64,000 nucleotides of DNA from NCBI GenBank assembly GCA_951406725.2, contig OX597818.1, positions 73,160,001 through 73,224,000 on the forward strand, written 5' to 3'. Made by a program: the position numbers and the translations under genes. The first letter of the stretch is position 1. Each line of letters starts with the position of its first letter. The notes under the pieces were generated by a model. That model had not been told where the DNA came from and ran no database searches. It worked only from the letters and a program-made list of their open reading frames with translations. Positions 13,225 through 26,394 of the stretch are shown here, piece after piece. This DNA is from Octopus vulgaris (taxonomy: Eukaryota).

Positions 13225-14329
13225 GGTTCCATGTATAAATTTTTCGATATGCATACATACTTAGACACGTGCATTTCTTATGTGTGCAAATGTGTGGTGT
13301 CTGTATGTGTGTCCGAGTAGATACATATATGTCCATTTCTGTTTGTAGCAGGAAAATTGAAAATAGATATTTCAAAATGGCAATTTCATCAAAATAGCTT
13401 AGCGTTAAGTAACGCAGTACAAGTGCGTGTAACCTAGCAATAAGAAGGATAATAAAAAAATCGAATTTGCTTTTGGGTAGGGAGATGAAACCATTAGAAA
13501 CCATTAAAAGAACAGGAAAAAGAACAAATATTCGGAATGTTATGGAGGGATGCTATATAAAGTGAACTAAAATAAAATAGTGATATAAGTTTCTAGTAAT
13601 TCAGCAGAAAAGACGATAAGGAAATACAATGCAAGCAACGAAATGGTTTGAGTAAAGAATTATTTAAATAACGTGTGAAAATATAGGGCTTTAAAATTAA
13701 TATTTAAAACAATCATTAGCACTGATACACAGGGGAACTCGATGATAGAACGAAATAACGAAATATAATCTTATATGAATGAGAATAAAAATGAATTAGA
13801 AAGAAAGGTAGACACAATTAAAAGGCTAATGAAAGTGCATTTTTGTTTGATTATATGCATACGCACATACGTAAGTTCATACATACCTACACATATACAT
13901 ACATATATACATGCATACATACATACACATACATACATACATACATACATACATACATACATACATACATACATAACCATTAAACTTTCACAAAAAGCAA
14001 GAAATACTCGTTTTAAAGAGAAAAAGAGCATAATAAACTGAAACGGATTCTTGAAATTTAATCTATAATCTATTACTGGCTCAGTGAAGATTTGCTAGCC
14101 ATTTCAAAAATTCTTCATCTGAGATTCTTATGTCGATACGCACTTGTTGGGTGTGTGTATCGTCTGTTCAACTAACACACAAACTCTACTTATTTAGAAA
14201 CACCGAGAATTTTCCTAACTCCAAAAGTCCTTTCGCTTTGTTAGCGACTGGGATGAAGCTTCTCAAGAACTTAAATTAACTCAAAGAAAGATCATGCACA
14301 AATACTTACATACATCATGGCGTCAGATT

Positions 14330-15180
14330 CCGATACTTTGACATAGAGGACTATTCATACTCCGGGATAATGACTGTGCCACACAACCAAGCAAAATCAC
14401 TCTGCTAAAAAAGCACAAATATTAATAATCCTATCAACGATACATTAAATGACTTCTGCGAAAAAGCTGTGAACGACAAGAAGCACGACCAAGACGAACG
14501 CAGCAGTAACAAGCCGGTACGAGTACATAGACATATAGCAACCGCTTACAGTCTCACAAAAAGCATGTGCGGAATATAAGATACTAAAATCCCAGCTGGC
14601 ATCAAATTTCAGGCAGAATTTCACTACTTTTATACATAGGGCCCTGAATGAGAGAACTATACCGATACAATTAGGGAAAAAAGCCATCGACCTGATACAA
14701 AGCTAAAAATGAGTTCCCGAACCACCAGCTACGACTGCATGATAGATTCACCAAACTGTACGGAAAATTCCGCCTAGAAACATTCACAACCAAATTGATT
14801 ACCCTGAAACACGATCTGCAGAGGTTAAATGAAAATTTTCTTTATCCGTAAATATTACAGGAACGAAGAGTGATAACCGAAATTTTGCCCGAAACCTCAA
14901 AACTGTACGTTGCAATATGAAAAGCGATAACGTCAAGGCAGTAAATGCTCCACTCAAGGTAGAACTGGAGCCATTTTGGTGAGGAATTTGGGAGGTAAAC
15001 AAGAACAGCATGGTTAAACGAAATATGTTAGTATTGTGTAAACGCTTCAACCAAAATCGTATAACATTGCCAGTGAATCACTGTGACGATTGATATGAAA
15101 CTGCCAAATCGAAAATATCCTTGTAGAAATTTGATAATAGGTTACTGATACAAAATAGCTCACGTTCTGGAGTCTGGGGT
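14330..15180 (+). mobile_element. Highly decayed R4-clade N-terminal fragment
   Basis: FARNLKTV...APLKVELEPFW*GIWE resembles the FxxN...FWxxIW region of the 4850-4960 element. Confidence 0.45.
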
Positions 15181-18100
15181 TGAACATATCTCAAGAAGAT
15201 ATCTCACAATGCTTTTACAGTGCCACTGACAGTACCAACATCTTCAGCGTTGGATAGGAATTAATGTGCAGGCACTCTGAGGAAACAACTTTCTAACGTG
15301 ATCCAAAGATGGTTGGACTGGTCCACTTAAACAGAAGCTTGGAGAAGAAGCACATCATACCAGCAAAAAGTAATACTTGGGTATGTATCCCATTAGCTAG
15401 AACGTAACAAGAACTTTAAGAGCAAGAGTAGTTAGAGAATAACATACTCTTTTTTCCTATGTCCTTCAAAAGAAATACGGTGTTGTCGTTGCCCTTCTGA
15501 TTAAACTATACATGGAAATAAAATGAGCACCTGACAACGAACATGAATAATGTAGATAAAATTGACTATATAACTGTCATTTTGTAAATATATTAATACA
15601 TGCATAGAAGCATACGTATGTATATTTATACTTATATTCCTATGTGTAGTTGTATGTAGGTATATATTTAGATATTTATGCAGTGCATATTTCTGATTTT
15701 AGGCAGGTATGTGTGCATCTTTCTACATATGAATGTGAAAGCGTCGAACATTGCCAATTCGTGTGGTACGTCGTCTATATAAGGAAGGTATTTCTTTTAC
15801 TGTTTCTCATTTTTATCTGGCTGAAAATGGGGACATGCCTAGTATTCCCGCTGATCAGGTTTCCCCCAGCTCATCATACTCGACGTTAGGATGGGTTACA
15901 TATGAGAAGGTGGATAGTGGGGCCGGGATATATGTCCGTGGCTGCATAGGCAATGAAATCAGTTAGCGAAGGCGTGGTGCATCTAATCTAGTGCGAGGGA
16001 TAATCCTTGTGTATGTACAAATGATTGCCTCACGAAAGTGCTAGTTATCCTTCCTGAATATTTGCTGTCAGTTAGGGTCTTTCTTAATCATCTTTATTTC
16101 CCCTATCTCACCCACGAGTCAGTGAAAAATGAAAGACAAAGGCTTTCAAACCATTCACTAGTGGTTACATATATCATAATGATAATGTATAAAGGCAGGG
16201 TTCCTAACCACCAACGCCTATGCAGACCGCTGAATGATGCCACTACCTTACGCATCCTCTGAAACCTCCCACATTTGCCTCCATAAATATGGTATGCTCT
16301 CACAAACACACACACTGTGATAATTAGCGCACTGAAATTCACTCTCATCTGCATTTTTTTTCTGTTGGTATTATGTGCAAAGGATCAAATGAAACATTAA
16401 TGACATCAGTCTGGATGGTCTGAAAGGAGATTGTTCCATGTACATCATGTAATAAAAACAATAGTTCTTGTACTTAATCATTTGAATGTACAAACAGTTA
16501 CCAATTTCCTTGCATACACAACTAGATACACCCATACGCACACAAATGTGCATGCACGCAAACCCACATACGCATGCACACACAAACACGCACACTTATA
16601 TACATACCCGTATAAAATATCAATATTTTGTTTCATGTAGCCTACTGTATAACTGTAGAATACATGGATAATAAACATTCGCATAAAGAGAGATGACAGT
16701 GACTTCGAAGCTGCTACCTACTATTCTCTGCATTTATATAGGCGTCAGACATCCAATGTTGCGTTCACTAATGTAGTATAACATCTAAATAGTATAAATT
16801 ATGCATTATACCAACTCTGGGGGTTATTTTAACCCAGTCTTAACGTCGTTTTTAGTACCAATTGCATTATATGTGTGTTTGTGTGTGTGTGTTCGTATAC
16901 ATATGTGCATTTATCTATTTGTAAACATATATTATGCGAGTGAAAGAGCATGTAATAGCATATCTCTATCTTCTGGTAATTGGAGTTTTCGCACGATGCT
17001 ATATCTATTCAATCGTTCCGATAAATATCTTTTCTCTGCGACTTTGGATGCATGGGAAATGATTGGTTGACAGTAGGATCAACGCCAATATGTTGTAACG
17101 AGCAGTGAAATATCTCAATACACGGTCTGGTAGCTCTAGACATGTGAATGTGAGAATGTCTCTCAATCCCCTTATTTGCATACTGATGCTATATGTAATG
17201 CATTAGATTAATGACATAACAGCACACACATACGATACACACACGCACGCATATGCAGATATATATGTCTCTCATGCATTATGGTTTCGTATTCCACCTT
17301 AAATTTCCTCCTTTATACGTATTCATTTTAGTGTCATCCGTATGTTGAATGATTCATTATTCATAAGTTTTTTTCTTTTCCTGAATAGTGTTTAGTAGAC
17401 AATTCAAGAAGAACCTGAAAATGTATTAAAATATTCAATACTGATTAATGGAAAAGTCGTTCACACACATATTCAGAAGAAAACACACAGTTACACATAT
17501 ATACCAATCTATAGTCACAACCATATCATTCTTTTAGCACGCTTTATCTCTATAGCATTCGCAATTTATTTATCGAACAATATATATATACACACACACA
17601 AGAATATGCATGTGTGTGTATGTGTTTATGTATGTATAAATGTATGTATATGATTTCATTGGTTTCAACCATTGCACAATGACCATTGCGGGGGAACAAA
17701 ATTAATAAACATGGCCGATGCGCAGTCACTGTAACGAACACGCCACAAACATGCGTGAATATATACATACAGATATAGGTAACACGTATATATATATAGA
17801 TATGTGTGTGTAGATATATATCTATGGAGTCAATAACACGCGCGGGCGCGCACACATCCTCATGTGTGTGTATATTTACATACATGCCAGCTCAATTTTA
17901 CTCGTTCTCAGTGGAAAGACGCCTGTTATTTCTTGTTTGTATTCGTAATTGGGTACCATGTTCTCCGTTATTGTTTGTTTTTTTTTCGTCTTTGTTGCCG
18001 TATACATTCGCTAGTTTTCTTACAAAGGGATCTAATGCTCTTAGCTTAGACTTTTTGGGGGGCAACAAGATCGAACCATCTCAAGTATAACTGCTGGAAA

Positions 18101-18245
18101 TGGTCTTGACTTCTGAGACTTGACTAATGAAAGAAAGCGAAGAATGACCGATTGTTTTGCCTGTCCTTCTAATTATTGTTTCTCTTGTCCGTTCCATTTT
18201 ATATACATGCATAGATACACAAACACACACACACACGCACACACA

Positions 18246-18303
<58 letters not shown>

Positions 18304-18371
18304 CATTTTCACATGGAAATAGACGTGTGACGTTCAAATAATAATAATAATAAATTATAAATATATATACA

Positions 18372-18402
<31 letters not shown>

Positions 18403-20230
18403 TTAAGTAGGTGAATGAATTATCCTATGTTTATCGTCAGCATGGAAAATTCGTTTAACCGAAACCTGGGTAGCAAATTCACGTTAGAAAACACGGTTGA
18501 AGCGACCTGTCAAGGGTAGAAACTCCAGGTTCATGTGTAGAAATTTGTGTGTTGTATATGAATAAATGAAAGAATGGAGTCGAACGAAGATGTTAACAAA
18601 ATTCCTTTAATCTCGACACATGTTTCGAAGACAGCATATTTTCATTCCAAAGGAATAAAGGGTGCATTATGCAATCTTCTCATCAGGAAAGAAAGGGAGC
18701 CTCTCTCGACAACAAGACGAGCAAAAATTTCGATGATTGCCTACATGGTAAACAAAGCGATAATGAGTGTTTTTTTAAAAATCCGTTAGAAGAATTGACG
18801 TCAAAAATGGATAGTAGGAGGATGTAATAATAGTTAGGGAACAGTATGTTTGTTGTATGTATGGAAATGTGTAGGTGTGTGCTTGTGTTAACGAGTGCGT
18901 GTGTTTGTGTGTGTGTATAACTGTATAACTGCATTTGTGTCTGTGTGTATGATTGTGTGAGTGAGAGAGAGACAGACGTCAAAGATAGATATTAGGAAGG
19001 GAAGGTATAAAGGAATAATAGGTAGGGAACAAGTGGAGAGGGAAGTGTATGTTGATTGAAAGAATGTATGAAGTTTAGGAAAGAATTTCTCTATAGCAGA
19101 GGGGTGGACGTGAAGCTAATTGTTCAAACCACAGTGACAATCGTTATCATTTATATGAGTAGAAAGTGTGTTTCTGCCAGTGTTTACATTTGTACGATTT
19201 TTCTATGAGTGTGTTTACTAGGGGAACCTTAGCGAAAAGAATATGGAAGAGTTCAGAGTTACAAATGTTACAAAATCTCCTGCCCTTATCAAAAGGAAAG
19301 GATACAGACAATATGAACCAATCTAACTTGAAAATTATATGTTGTCTCTAAGACGCCAAACTAATTTACTTAGCCCTGTACTATGTCGTTTTTTCCTATC
19401 CCTGAATGTTGAATAGTGGTTTGAAATTCTCTTGGATAACTGGGAAGTGGAGCTTCCTATATAGAAGAAAACATCGGTACTGGAAGAAATTCTACACTGG
19501 TAAATGGAATTTTTAATCTTAGAATTACTAACAAAAATTTTATCCTATTGGGGTTGTCCTCCGAGATCGAGACGAAGTTTTTATTGTTATGATTGTTTTT
19601 ACTATTATTATTAGCGCTAACAACTACACTATTTCTAGTATTATTAGTAGTATTAATGGTATCACAACCAGCAATACCACCGACAATAATACCGTTATTG
19701 TTGTTACCACCAACACTACCATTGTTATTAACACGACTAATACTATTATTAATAATATCATTGTTAATACTTTCGCTGCTACTAATGCTATTACTATTAA
19801 TACTATTCCTATTATTATGATTGTATGAAGGGTTGGAATTAGCAAGATTAGTGTTGGAACTCCCGGGTGAAGAATCTTTGTTTAGCAGCTTGGTATTGTG
19901 GGAAGATATAATTTGTGAAAGATTCCTAGTGTTAGAGAAAGCTATTCTGACCTTGTGTGAATTGATAATAGAATGATATGTAGAATTTCTGGGAAAGTTC
20001 CTAGCAATGGCTTCACGGAACTGTAAGGGAAGGTTCGATTTAATTTTTTTTCCGAAAGGTATTACAAACCAGATATAGTTTTTTGTGGCCTTTGAATTGT
20101 TCTTACTGTTGTTTGTGATAGTAATGGGAAAATTTCTGGGTTGGAAATTTGGGGTTGCATGGCGCTTACCTCCCCTAATCCGTAAAGAATTTATTTTATG
20201 TACAGGGTTGCTGGCACTATTAGAATTGAA

Positions 20231-20234
<4 letters not shown>
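18403..20234 (-). mobile_element. Penelope-like element fragment A (linker, GIY-YIG, 3' region with HHR), between two (TA)n tracts
   Basis: ATG-less frame NYIWFVIPFG...RNFP...KVRIAFSNTRNLSQIISSHNTKLL; after a frameshift NSIYQC...FYIGSSTSQLSKRISNHYSTFR...STGLSKLVWRLRD...FCNICNSE. Confidence 0.85.
18604..18697 (-). ncRNA. Type I hammerhead ribozyme, canonical core, GUC cleavage triplet
   Basis: uuuc-CUGAUGA-gaagauugcaua...uaugcugucuuc-GAAA-caugug-UC-gaga; stem II 11/12 paired; palindromic acaugu in stem III. Confidence 0.8.

Positions 20235-20284
<50 letters not shown>
20235..20284. repeat. (TA)n separating two PLE fragments
   Basis: Read directly. Confidence 0.95.
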
Positions 20285-20288
<4 letters not shown>

Positions 20289-20309
20289 TGTTACATTACT
20301 CGGTAGTCA

Positions 20310-20372
20310 AGATAAAACTCTGAGTTTCAGATGCCGAAGTGGAAATCCACAACACCATCTCTTCGGTTATCT
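20310..20372 (-). ncRNA. Minimal-type hammerhead motif in the PLE 3' region (core CCGAAGA)
   Basis: agauaa-CCGAAGA-gaug...cauc-u-GAAA-cucagag-UU-uuaucu; 6-bp stem I; near-palindromic aacucagaguu stem III. Confidence 0.65.
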
Positions 20373-20566
20373 GGCTATTTGAAAACATTATGAAAAAATA
20401 CCGTTAAAAATGAAGGGAAATTACTCTGTTATAACTCTGCTTTGCCTGCGTACTTATACATCGCTCGCATTTTTCGTCATAAAAATTATATAAAAATACA
20501 TAAAAATATATAAAAATATATAAAAATATATAAAATCTTCTTGGGACATAACACAGAAAGCATGTT

Positions 20567-21529
20567 CTATCCGTTTTCTTTAGGGGACCAAAAACGTAAC
20601 AGAAATTTAGTCACATGTGGGCATGATCCGAAAAGCTCTGTCCTTGTATTTAGACATGTGGTAGGGTCTAAGCTGCTTTTCCAGATAAGCCATCTCTCCA
20701 TGTCGCATAAACCGCACCTTCCGCTGCCGTTAGTATAGGGCTTACATCTGGCCAAAATCTTCCATTGTATGTTATAATCGACACCTTTATCTCTTAAAGA
20801 CCAAATATGATTGGATAATTGTGTCGCTTTTCTTTTGTTCCAATGCCTAAAGCTCAAAGTGTGGTTATTGAACCTGGCCTTGAAATTACCCTCTGTCAGG
20901 CCCACGTATTTCTTCGTCGAAACGGTGTCTTTAGTGGTTATAGAGTTTACGGTAGCTTCATATATGATGGTCTTGGACATGCAAGCTCCATTTAGCGGGC
21001 ACAATTCTTTATTCCTGCATGAACAGCTGTTTTCTTCTTGTGTTTTTTGTATGTTATGATTGATTATGTTTTTAAAATTGGTAGTTGAACTAAAACTAAT
21101 TTTTAAATTGTGTCTATTGAAGAGTTTCCTATAAGCATGGTTAACTGGAAAATGTCTATCTATCAGTGCTAGGAAATATTTACCTATATTGAAGGCCACC
21201 TCGGGTGAGTAAGGGGGCGTAAACCAGATGACCTTCCTATTTCTATTATTCCTTTTCCTTATTGTTGGGCTGGTGATAGGTGTATATTTTATTTTTTCGC
21301 TAAAACCACTATCTTTTAAAGCTTTATTATAAACTGGGGCAACGCTATTGAAGATGTCCTCATTAGATGAGAGGCTAGAAATCCTCTTACTAATATTTTT
21401 AACTAAATTTTTGAATACTATAGGGGGATGGCATGAACCTACATTAATATAACTTAGTCTATCATTGGGCTTCCTATAAGGCTTATAAATATTATTATTA
21501 AGATCTAAGGAAACGTCTAAGAAATTGAC
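20567..21529 (-). pseudogene. PLE polyprotein C-terminus: RT thumb, Cys-rich linker, GIY-YIG endonuclease (open frame, 5'-truncated)
   Basis: VNFLDV...YKPYRKPND...HPP...IWFTPPYS...CSCRNKELCPLNGAC...IIYEA...KYVGLTEGNFKARFNNH...CGLCDMER...LNTRTE. Confidence 0.9.
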
Positions 21530-22332
21530 AGGACGTCACCAGCTCTGCAAACAGCATGAAATACGTAAACAAACAAGTTAATACGTAAACACCGAGGGAA
21601 AAAATGAAAAACAGTAAAAAATGAAAAAAAGCAAACACAGAGAAAGTTGTCGTTTCTCTCTATACTCCTCATTTCGAGCTTTCAACGACAATATCAGTTT
21701 TCAAAGAGCAGTTGCGCCCATAAATTCTCACACATCCATTTCCAAGTAAGTTCATCTTCAATTTTTTGATATGACTCTACTCTATACTGTTTTCTTCCTC
21801 CATCCTTCTTTAATTCCCATTTCTGCCCCTCCTTCTTTCACCGTTTTATATCATCTCTTTCTCTCCCCTCCTCTTTTTTGTCTCTCTCTCTCTCTCTCTC
21901 TCTCTTGTTGCTCACACCTGACCCTCGTCTATCTTCTTTCTCTCTCGTGACCATCTTTCTTTTCTCTTTTCAAAGAAAATATTTCTCCCAGCGTTCAATA
22001 TTTTCCTCTCGTTCTGGTATAACGACCCTTCATGTTTTTTATTCGTTCAGTTTCCTTGTATGTCTCCACGGTTCTCTTTTTGTTCCCAACTTCAACCCTC
22101 CCTAAATCCTAAATTTTATTTTAGAATTTACGGGAGCTACTACCTTTCAAGACTCATATTGTCGATGAATATTCAAAATGAAGAGTAGATAGACAATCGA
22201 CAATTGAAGGGTCCTTTCTCTGTGTTTACTTAACCCGTTTTCCTTTTTTCCCTCTCGTTGTTTACGTTTTTAACTCGTTTATTTACATATTTCATATTCT
22301 TTGCACAGATGCTGAAATCATGTACCCATATA

Positions 22333-22449
<117 letters not shown>

Positions 22450-23024
22450 TATGTCAAGTATAACTATAACTTTTACATATCTGCTGGCAGATACATTCAA
22501 TATCTAGAGAATTCAACACTCGGTGCAGGGTAAAATCTAAGACTTGCTGGGTAGTGAGGGGAGGTTTTCACCAGAAGTTGGATGGGCGTCATATCAGCTC
22601 CAGAGTTGTCTGGAATCTCTTGAAATAAATTGCTTTACTACAGAAGAATTGAATCAGAAAAACGCGAGACCAGAAGTCGAATATGCATTAAGATTTGCAA
22701 GATAAATCTCTAACCGATACACATACCAACATACACACACGCAGCTACACACATACACGCGTATTTACATGTATCTCTATCTTCGTATAGCTTATCTCAA
22801 CGAATACAAATAAAGCTCTAATGAAGTGTATATTAATAGGCGCAGGAGTGGCTATGTGCTAAGTAGCTTGCTAACAATCACATGGTTTCGGGTTCATTCT
22901 CACTGCGTGGCACCTTCGGCAAGTGTCTTCTACTATACCCTCGGGCCGATCAAAGCCTCGTGAGTGGATGTGGTAATCAGAAACTGAAAGAAATCTGTCG
23001 TATATATATATATATATATATATA

Positions 23025-23636
23025 AATTTATAAGTAAAGGCAAAATAAAAAATTTCTAGCGCCAAAATATGCCGAAAATAGACACAACGTTAATAACCAT
23101 GTAATTTATCACTACAAGCACGCGTTTCGAATAAAGCCGACAGAAATTTCTTATAAATCCCGTTATTACCATATCGGACCTGATTTCAGAGATAGTTCAT
23201 AAGAACCTTCCCTTCATCAGTGATAAATAAGGCAAAAAAATAAGCGAAATACTTACTTATACCCATGGAAGAAGCGGACACTAAGTCATGAGCACAATTA
23301 AGTACCCCAAATGTATCCAAAATAGAAACTCTCTGGCCCATCTCGAGACACGTGCGATTCGAACTAAAAACTCTCGTAAAGTGAGAGAGTCCGGAAGTGA
23401 GACTTCCGTGCGGGATATTTTAAAAATTTCTGTCGGCTTTCTTCGAAACACGTGCTTGTGGTGATAAATTACATGTTTATTGACGTTGTGTTTATTTTCG
23501 GCATATTTTGAAATTAGAAATTCTTTCTTTTGCCCTTACTTATAAATTGTTTATAAATTTAACCTTTAAAGGTACTTTTTAAAATGCTGGCCATTGATAG
23601 AATTCTTTTCGAAAAAATTTTATCCTACATTAGATG
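23025..23636. mobile_element. Fold-back element with ~138-bp inverted arms (23025-23162 and 23411-23548) and an internal HHR
   Basis: Arms roughly 85-90% identical by eye; flanked by (TA)n. Confidence 0.8.
23166..23226 (-). ncRNA. Type I hammerhead ribozyme, canonical core
   Basis: uuauca-CUGAUGA-agggaagguuc-uuau-gaacuaucucu-GAAA-uc-aggucc-ga-UA-ugguaa; stem I 6 bp, stem II 10/11. Confidence 0.75.
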
Positions 23637-23672
<36 letters not shown>

Positions 23673-23906
23673 GTCTGTATATGTTTGTGCGTCTGTGTTT
23701 GCCCCCAGCATTGCTTGACAACCGATGCTGGTTTGTTTACGTCCCTGCAACTTAGCGGTTCGGCAAAAGAGACTGATAGATTAAGTAGTAGGCTTACAAA
23801 GAATAAGTCCTGGGGTCGATTGGCTCGACTAAAGGCGGTGCTCCAGCATGGCCGCCGTCAAATGACTGAAACAAGTACAAGAGTAAAAGAGTAATACGGG
23901 ATTGAA

Positions 23907-23950
<44 letters not shown>

Positions 23951-24119
23951 ATATATATGTGTGTGTGTATACATTATAATACCTTGGACTCCGGTATCTA
24001 ATTATCTTTAGAGAAAACATTTAGAGAAAGCATTTCTTCAAATTCAAGCAAGAGTGTAACAGAAGTTTCGAGGATGTATGGTGTCAACAGCATATTAATC
24101 TTGTGTGGGCTGCCGACAG

Positions 24120-24940
24120 AACACTTTTCTCTGAACTGATTACACGCACATATATATATATATACATTCACTCGCACGCACGTACACACACACACACACA
24201 CACACATTTACATATATATACAATACACGCACACACAAACACACACAAATTCACATACACACCGACACACATACATACAATATATACCTACACGCGCACA
24301 CACGTATACACATACGTACACACATATAAGCACAGACACACACACACATACGCGCACAAAAAAACATGCGCACATATACGCACGCACACACGCAATACTC
24401 ACAACCCCACAGATACACGCATATACATCCATATACGCTTACACACACACATACAAACGCACACATACACGCACACACAACTACACGCACATACATACAC
24501 ACAAACACACACACAAATGAACCCACACATACATCCCATACACACGGCACACAATTATACATACATATATATACACACACACGCACGTACAAGCACACAC
24601 GCACACATACACTAAGTTAAGCACAGTTACTCGCCACACACCCAAACACTACGCATACACACATGAACACACACATACACACATGAACACACACTACAAA
24701 CAAAACACACACACGATACATATACATACACGCACATACACATACCTCTTTGTTTTTAACCTGTGGCCGGACACAAAAAACACCACTCCTTATTCTTACA
24801 TACTGGCCAGCTACCCGCCAGTTGTTCGCCATACACACATACACACACACGCGCACACACACACACACACACACGTGTCATGATTGCACACATACACACA
24901 CGAGCGCACACGCAGACCTCCGCGCACGCACACATCCACA
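24120..24940. repeat. Long degenerate (CA)n-rich tract
   Basis: Read directly. Confidence 0.85.
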
Positions 24941-25103
24941 CACATTCCCCCTCTCACTTTCCTTGTCTTTGAAAACTCTCCTGTCTTTAAAATACATTAT
25001 TCTTCCACCTTTCTACTTCCGGTCTTTCAATATGTGACCTCGTGAGTACCGCTGCCGATTTTTTTCCTCTGTCTTCCCTTCTCGGGATCTTTCCTCCTCC
25101 TAT

Positions 25104-25138
25104 GATTCCGACGAAGAGCTCCGCTCGAAACGTTAAAC
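25104..25138 (+). ncRNA. Minimal hammerhead-like motif (core CCGACGA) in a non-autonomous element ending at (TA)n ~25248
   Basis: CCGACGA-A-gagc-ucc-gcuc-GAAA-cg-UU; downstream tail resembles the 13.1, 39.5 and 51.9 kb copies. Confidence 0.55.
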
Positions 25139-25243
25139 CCTCCTTCTTCCCTTCTTTCCTGAGCGTCCAATAATACTTTATTTGTTCCAAGTCCTCGCGT
25201 TGCTGTGTTTTTTTGTTTTTTTTGTGTTTTCTTGTTTGGATTA

Positions 25244-25288
<45 letters not shown>

Positions 25289-26035
25289 TATATGGATCTT
25301 GGGTTTCAACAGTTGCAACTGGATTTAAACTATTGGTATTGACCACGTGTAATGATACGCTTCAGACTGGGGCAGAAGTTATATGAGAATTTCACAGAAT
25401 ATCTGTTAAATATTTTCCATTATCTGTGAGTTGCTGGTAAGTGTTTCTCTAGGAGAGAGAAATGCTTTACTTATGTTAATTTTCATATTAAATCTATTAT
25501 ATGGGAGTCAGAAGTTACTGTAACCCTAAATAATAATACAACTAAGAAGGCCAATACTGGATTATGTGAAGTGGAAATTAAAAATTGTCGTGCCAATCAC
25601 ATAGCCTCCTTCCAACATAGAGATAAAAGTAAAGCTACTAAGTTGGCTACCTACGTAAGGATATTGAATGATAACGAAATACAAGATGTGATTAAATGGA
25701 AAGTAGTTGAGAAACCCATACCTTTTGCGAATGGGTTGAATAAATGTAGGCTTTGTTTAGCTGAAAAAGCGCAGATCCTGTTCAGATCCAAGATCCTAAA
25801 CTCTCTATTGAAATCTAGATCAGAAACTTTCAATGGGTTCATGAATATTTATAAATATATTATGAAAAATTGGTAAATTCCGCGTATATAAATTCTAACG
25901 TGATATTTTTCCAGCCTTATCTTTTAGCTCTTCTACCTTTTTACTTTTTATTTTTTGCATTCTAGTTTTTGTGCTTTCTTTTTCCGTTTTTCGTTTCCCA
26001 TATTTTACATTCTGCGTACTCTATAATCATGTCAT

Positions 26036-26140
26036 CATGATTATATATAGAAATACGAAATCTGTACTTCGATCTCTAGATAATGACACAGAGACCTTTG
26101 ACGTAGTAGCTGGTGTCTTCCAGGGTGACACCTTGGCATA
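26036..26140 (+). mobile_element. Short RTE-type LINE RT fragment (motif B)
   Basis: IYRNTKSVLRSLDNDTETFDVVAGVFQGDTLA. Confidence 0.6.
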
Positions 26141-26205
26141 TATATCTTTTTTTTTTTACGTTTCTTCTATTATTTAAATTTTTTATAGTTCGTGATGATA
26201 TGTGG

Positions 26206-26268
26206 TTTACACCTGAAGAATATGTTTGAGTATTTCTCAACATAAGAAATTATTAATAGCGCTTAAAT
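26206..26268 (+). ncRNA. Degenerate hammerhead-like motif downstream of the GIY-YIG fragment
   Basis: CUGAAGA-a-uauguu...aacaua-a-GAAA-uuauuaauag (near-palindrome); cleavage triplet and stem I degenerate. Confidence 0.45.
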
Positions 26269-26354
26269 GCAGGTATCGTGCCCTTTAAATAAATAATATT
26301 TATCTCTCCCCAGATGGAGTACTTTTTGTTGAATTTTCGAACAGGAAACGGACA

Positions 26355-26394
<40 letters not shown>

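Larger units (their letters stand above)
20285..21530 (-). mobile_element. Penelope-like element fragment B, 5'-truncated
   Basis: Contains the ORF and HHR listed separately; 3' end abuts (TA)n. Confidence 0.9.
22839..23893 (+). mobile_element. SINE family 1 split by an insertion in its internal (TA)n (5' half 22839-23022, 3' half ~23640-23893)
   Basis: Both halves colinear with the uninterrupted copy at 27176-27562. Confidence 0.85.
25500..26356 (+). mobile_element. PLE GIY-YIG C-terminal fragment plus 3' region, ending at (TA)n
   Basis: RANHIASFQHRDKSKATKLATYV...IKWKVV...KCRLCLAEK...LLKSRSE, homologous to the ORF at 20567. Confidence 0.8.

Noticed and set aside
16931-17135. ATG-less ~65-codon minus-strand open frame
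   Set aside because: No recognisable domain and a weak acceptor; length attainable by chance
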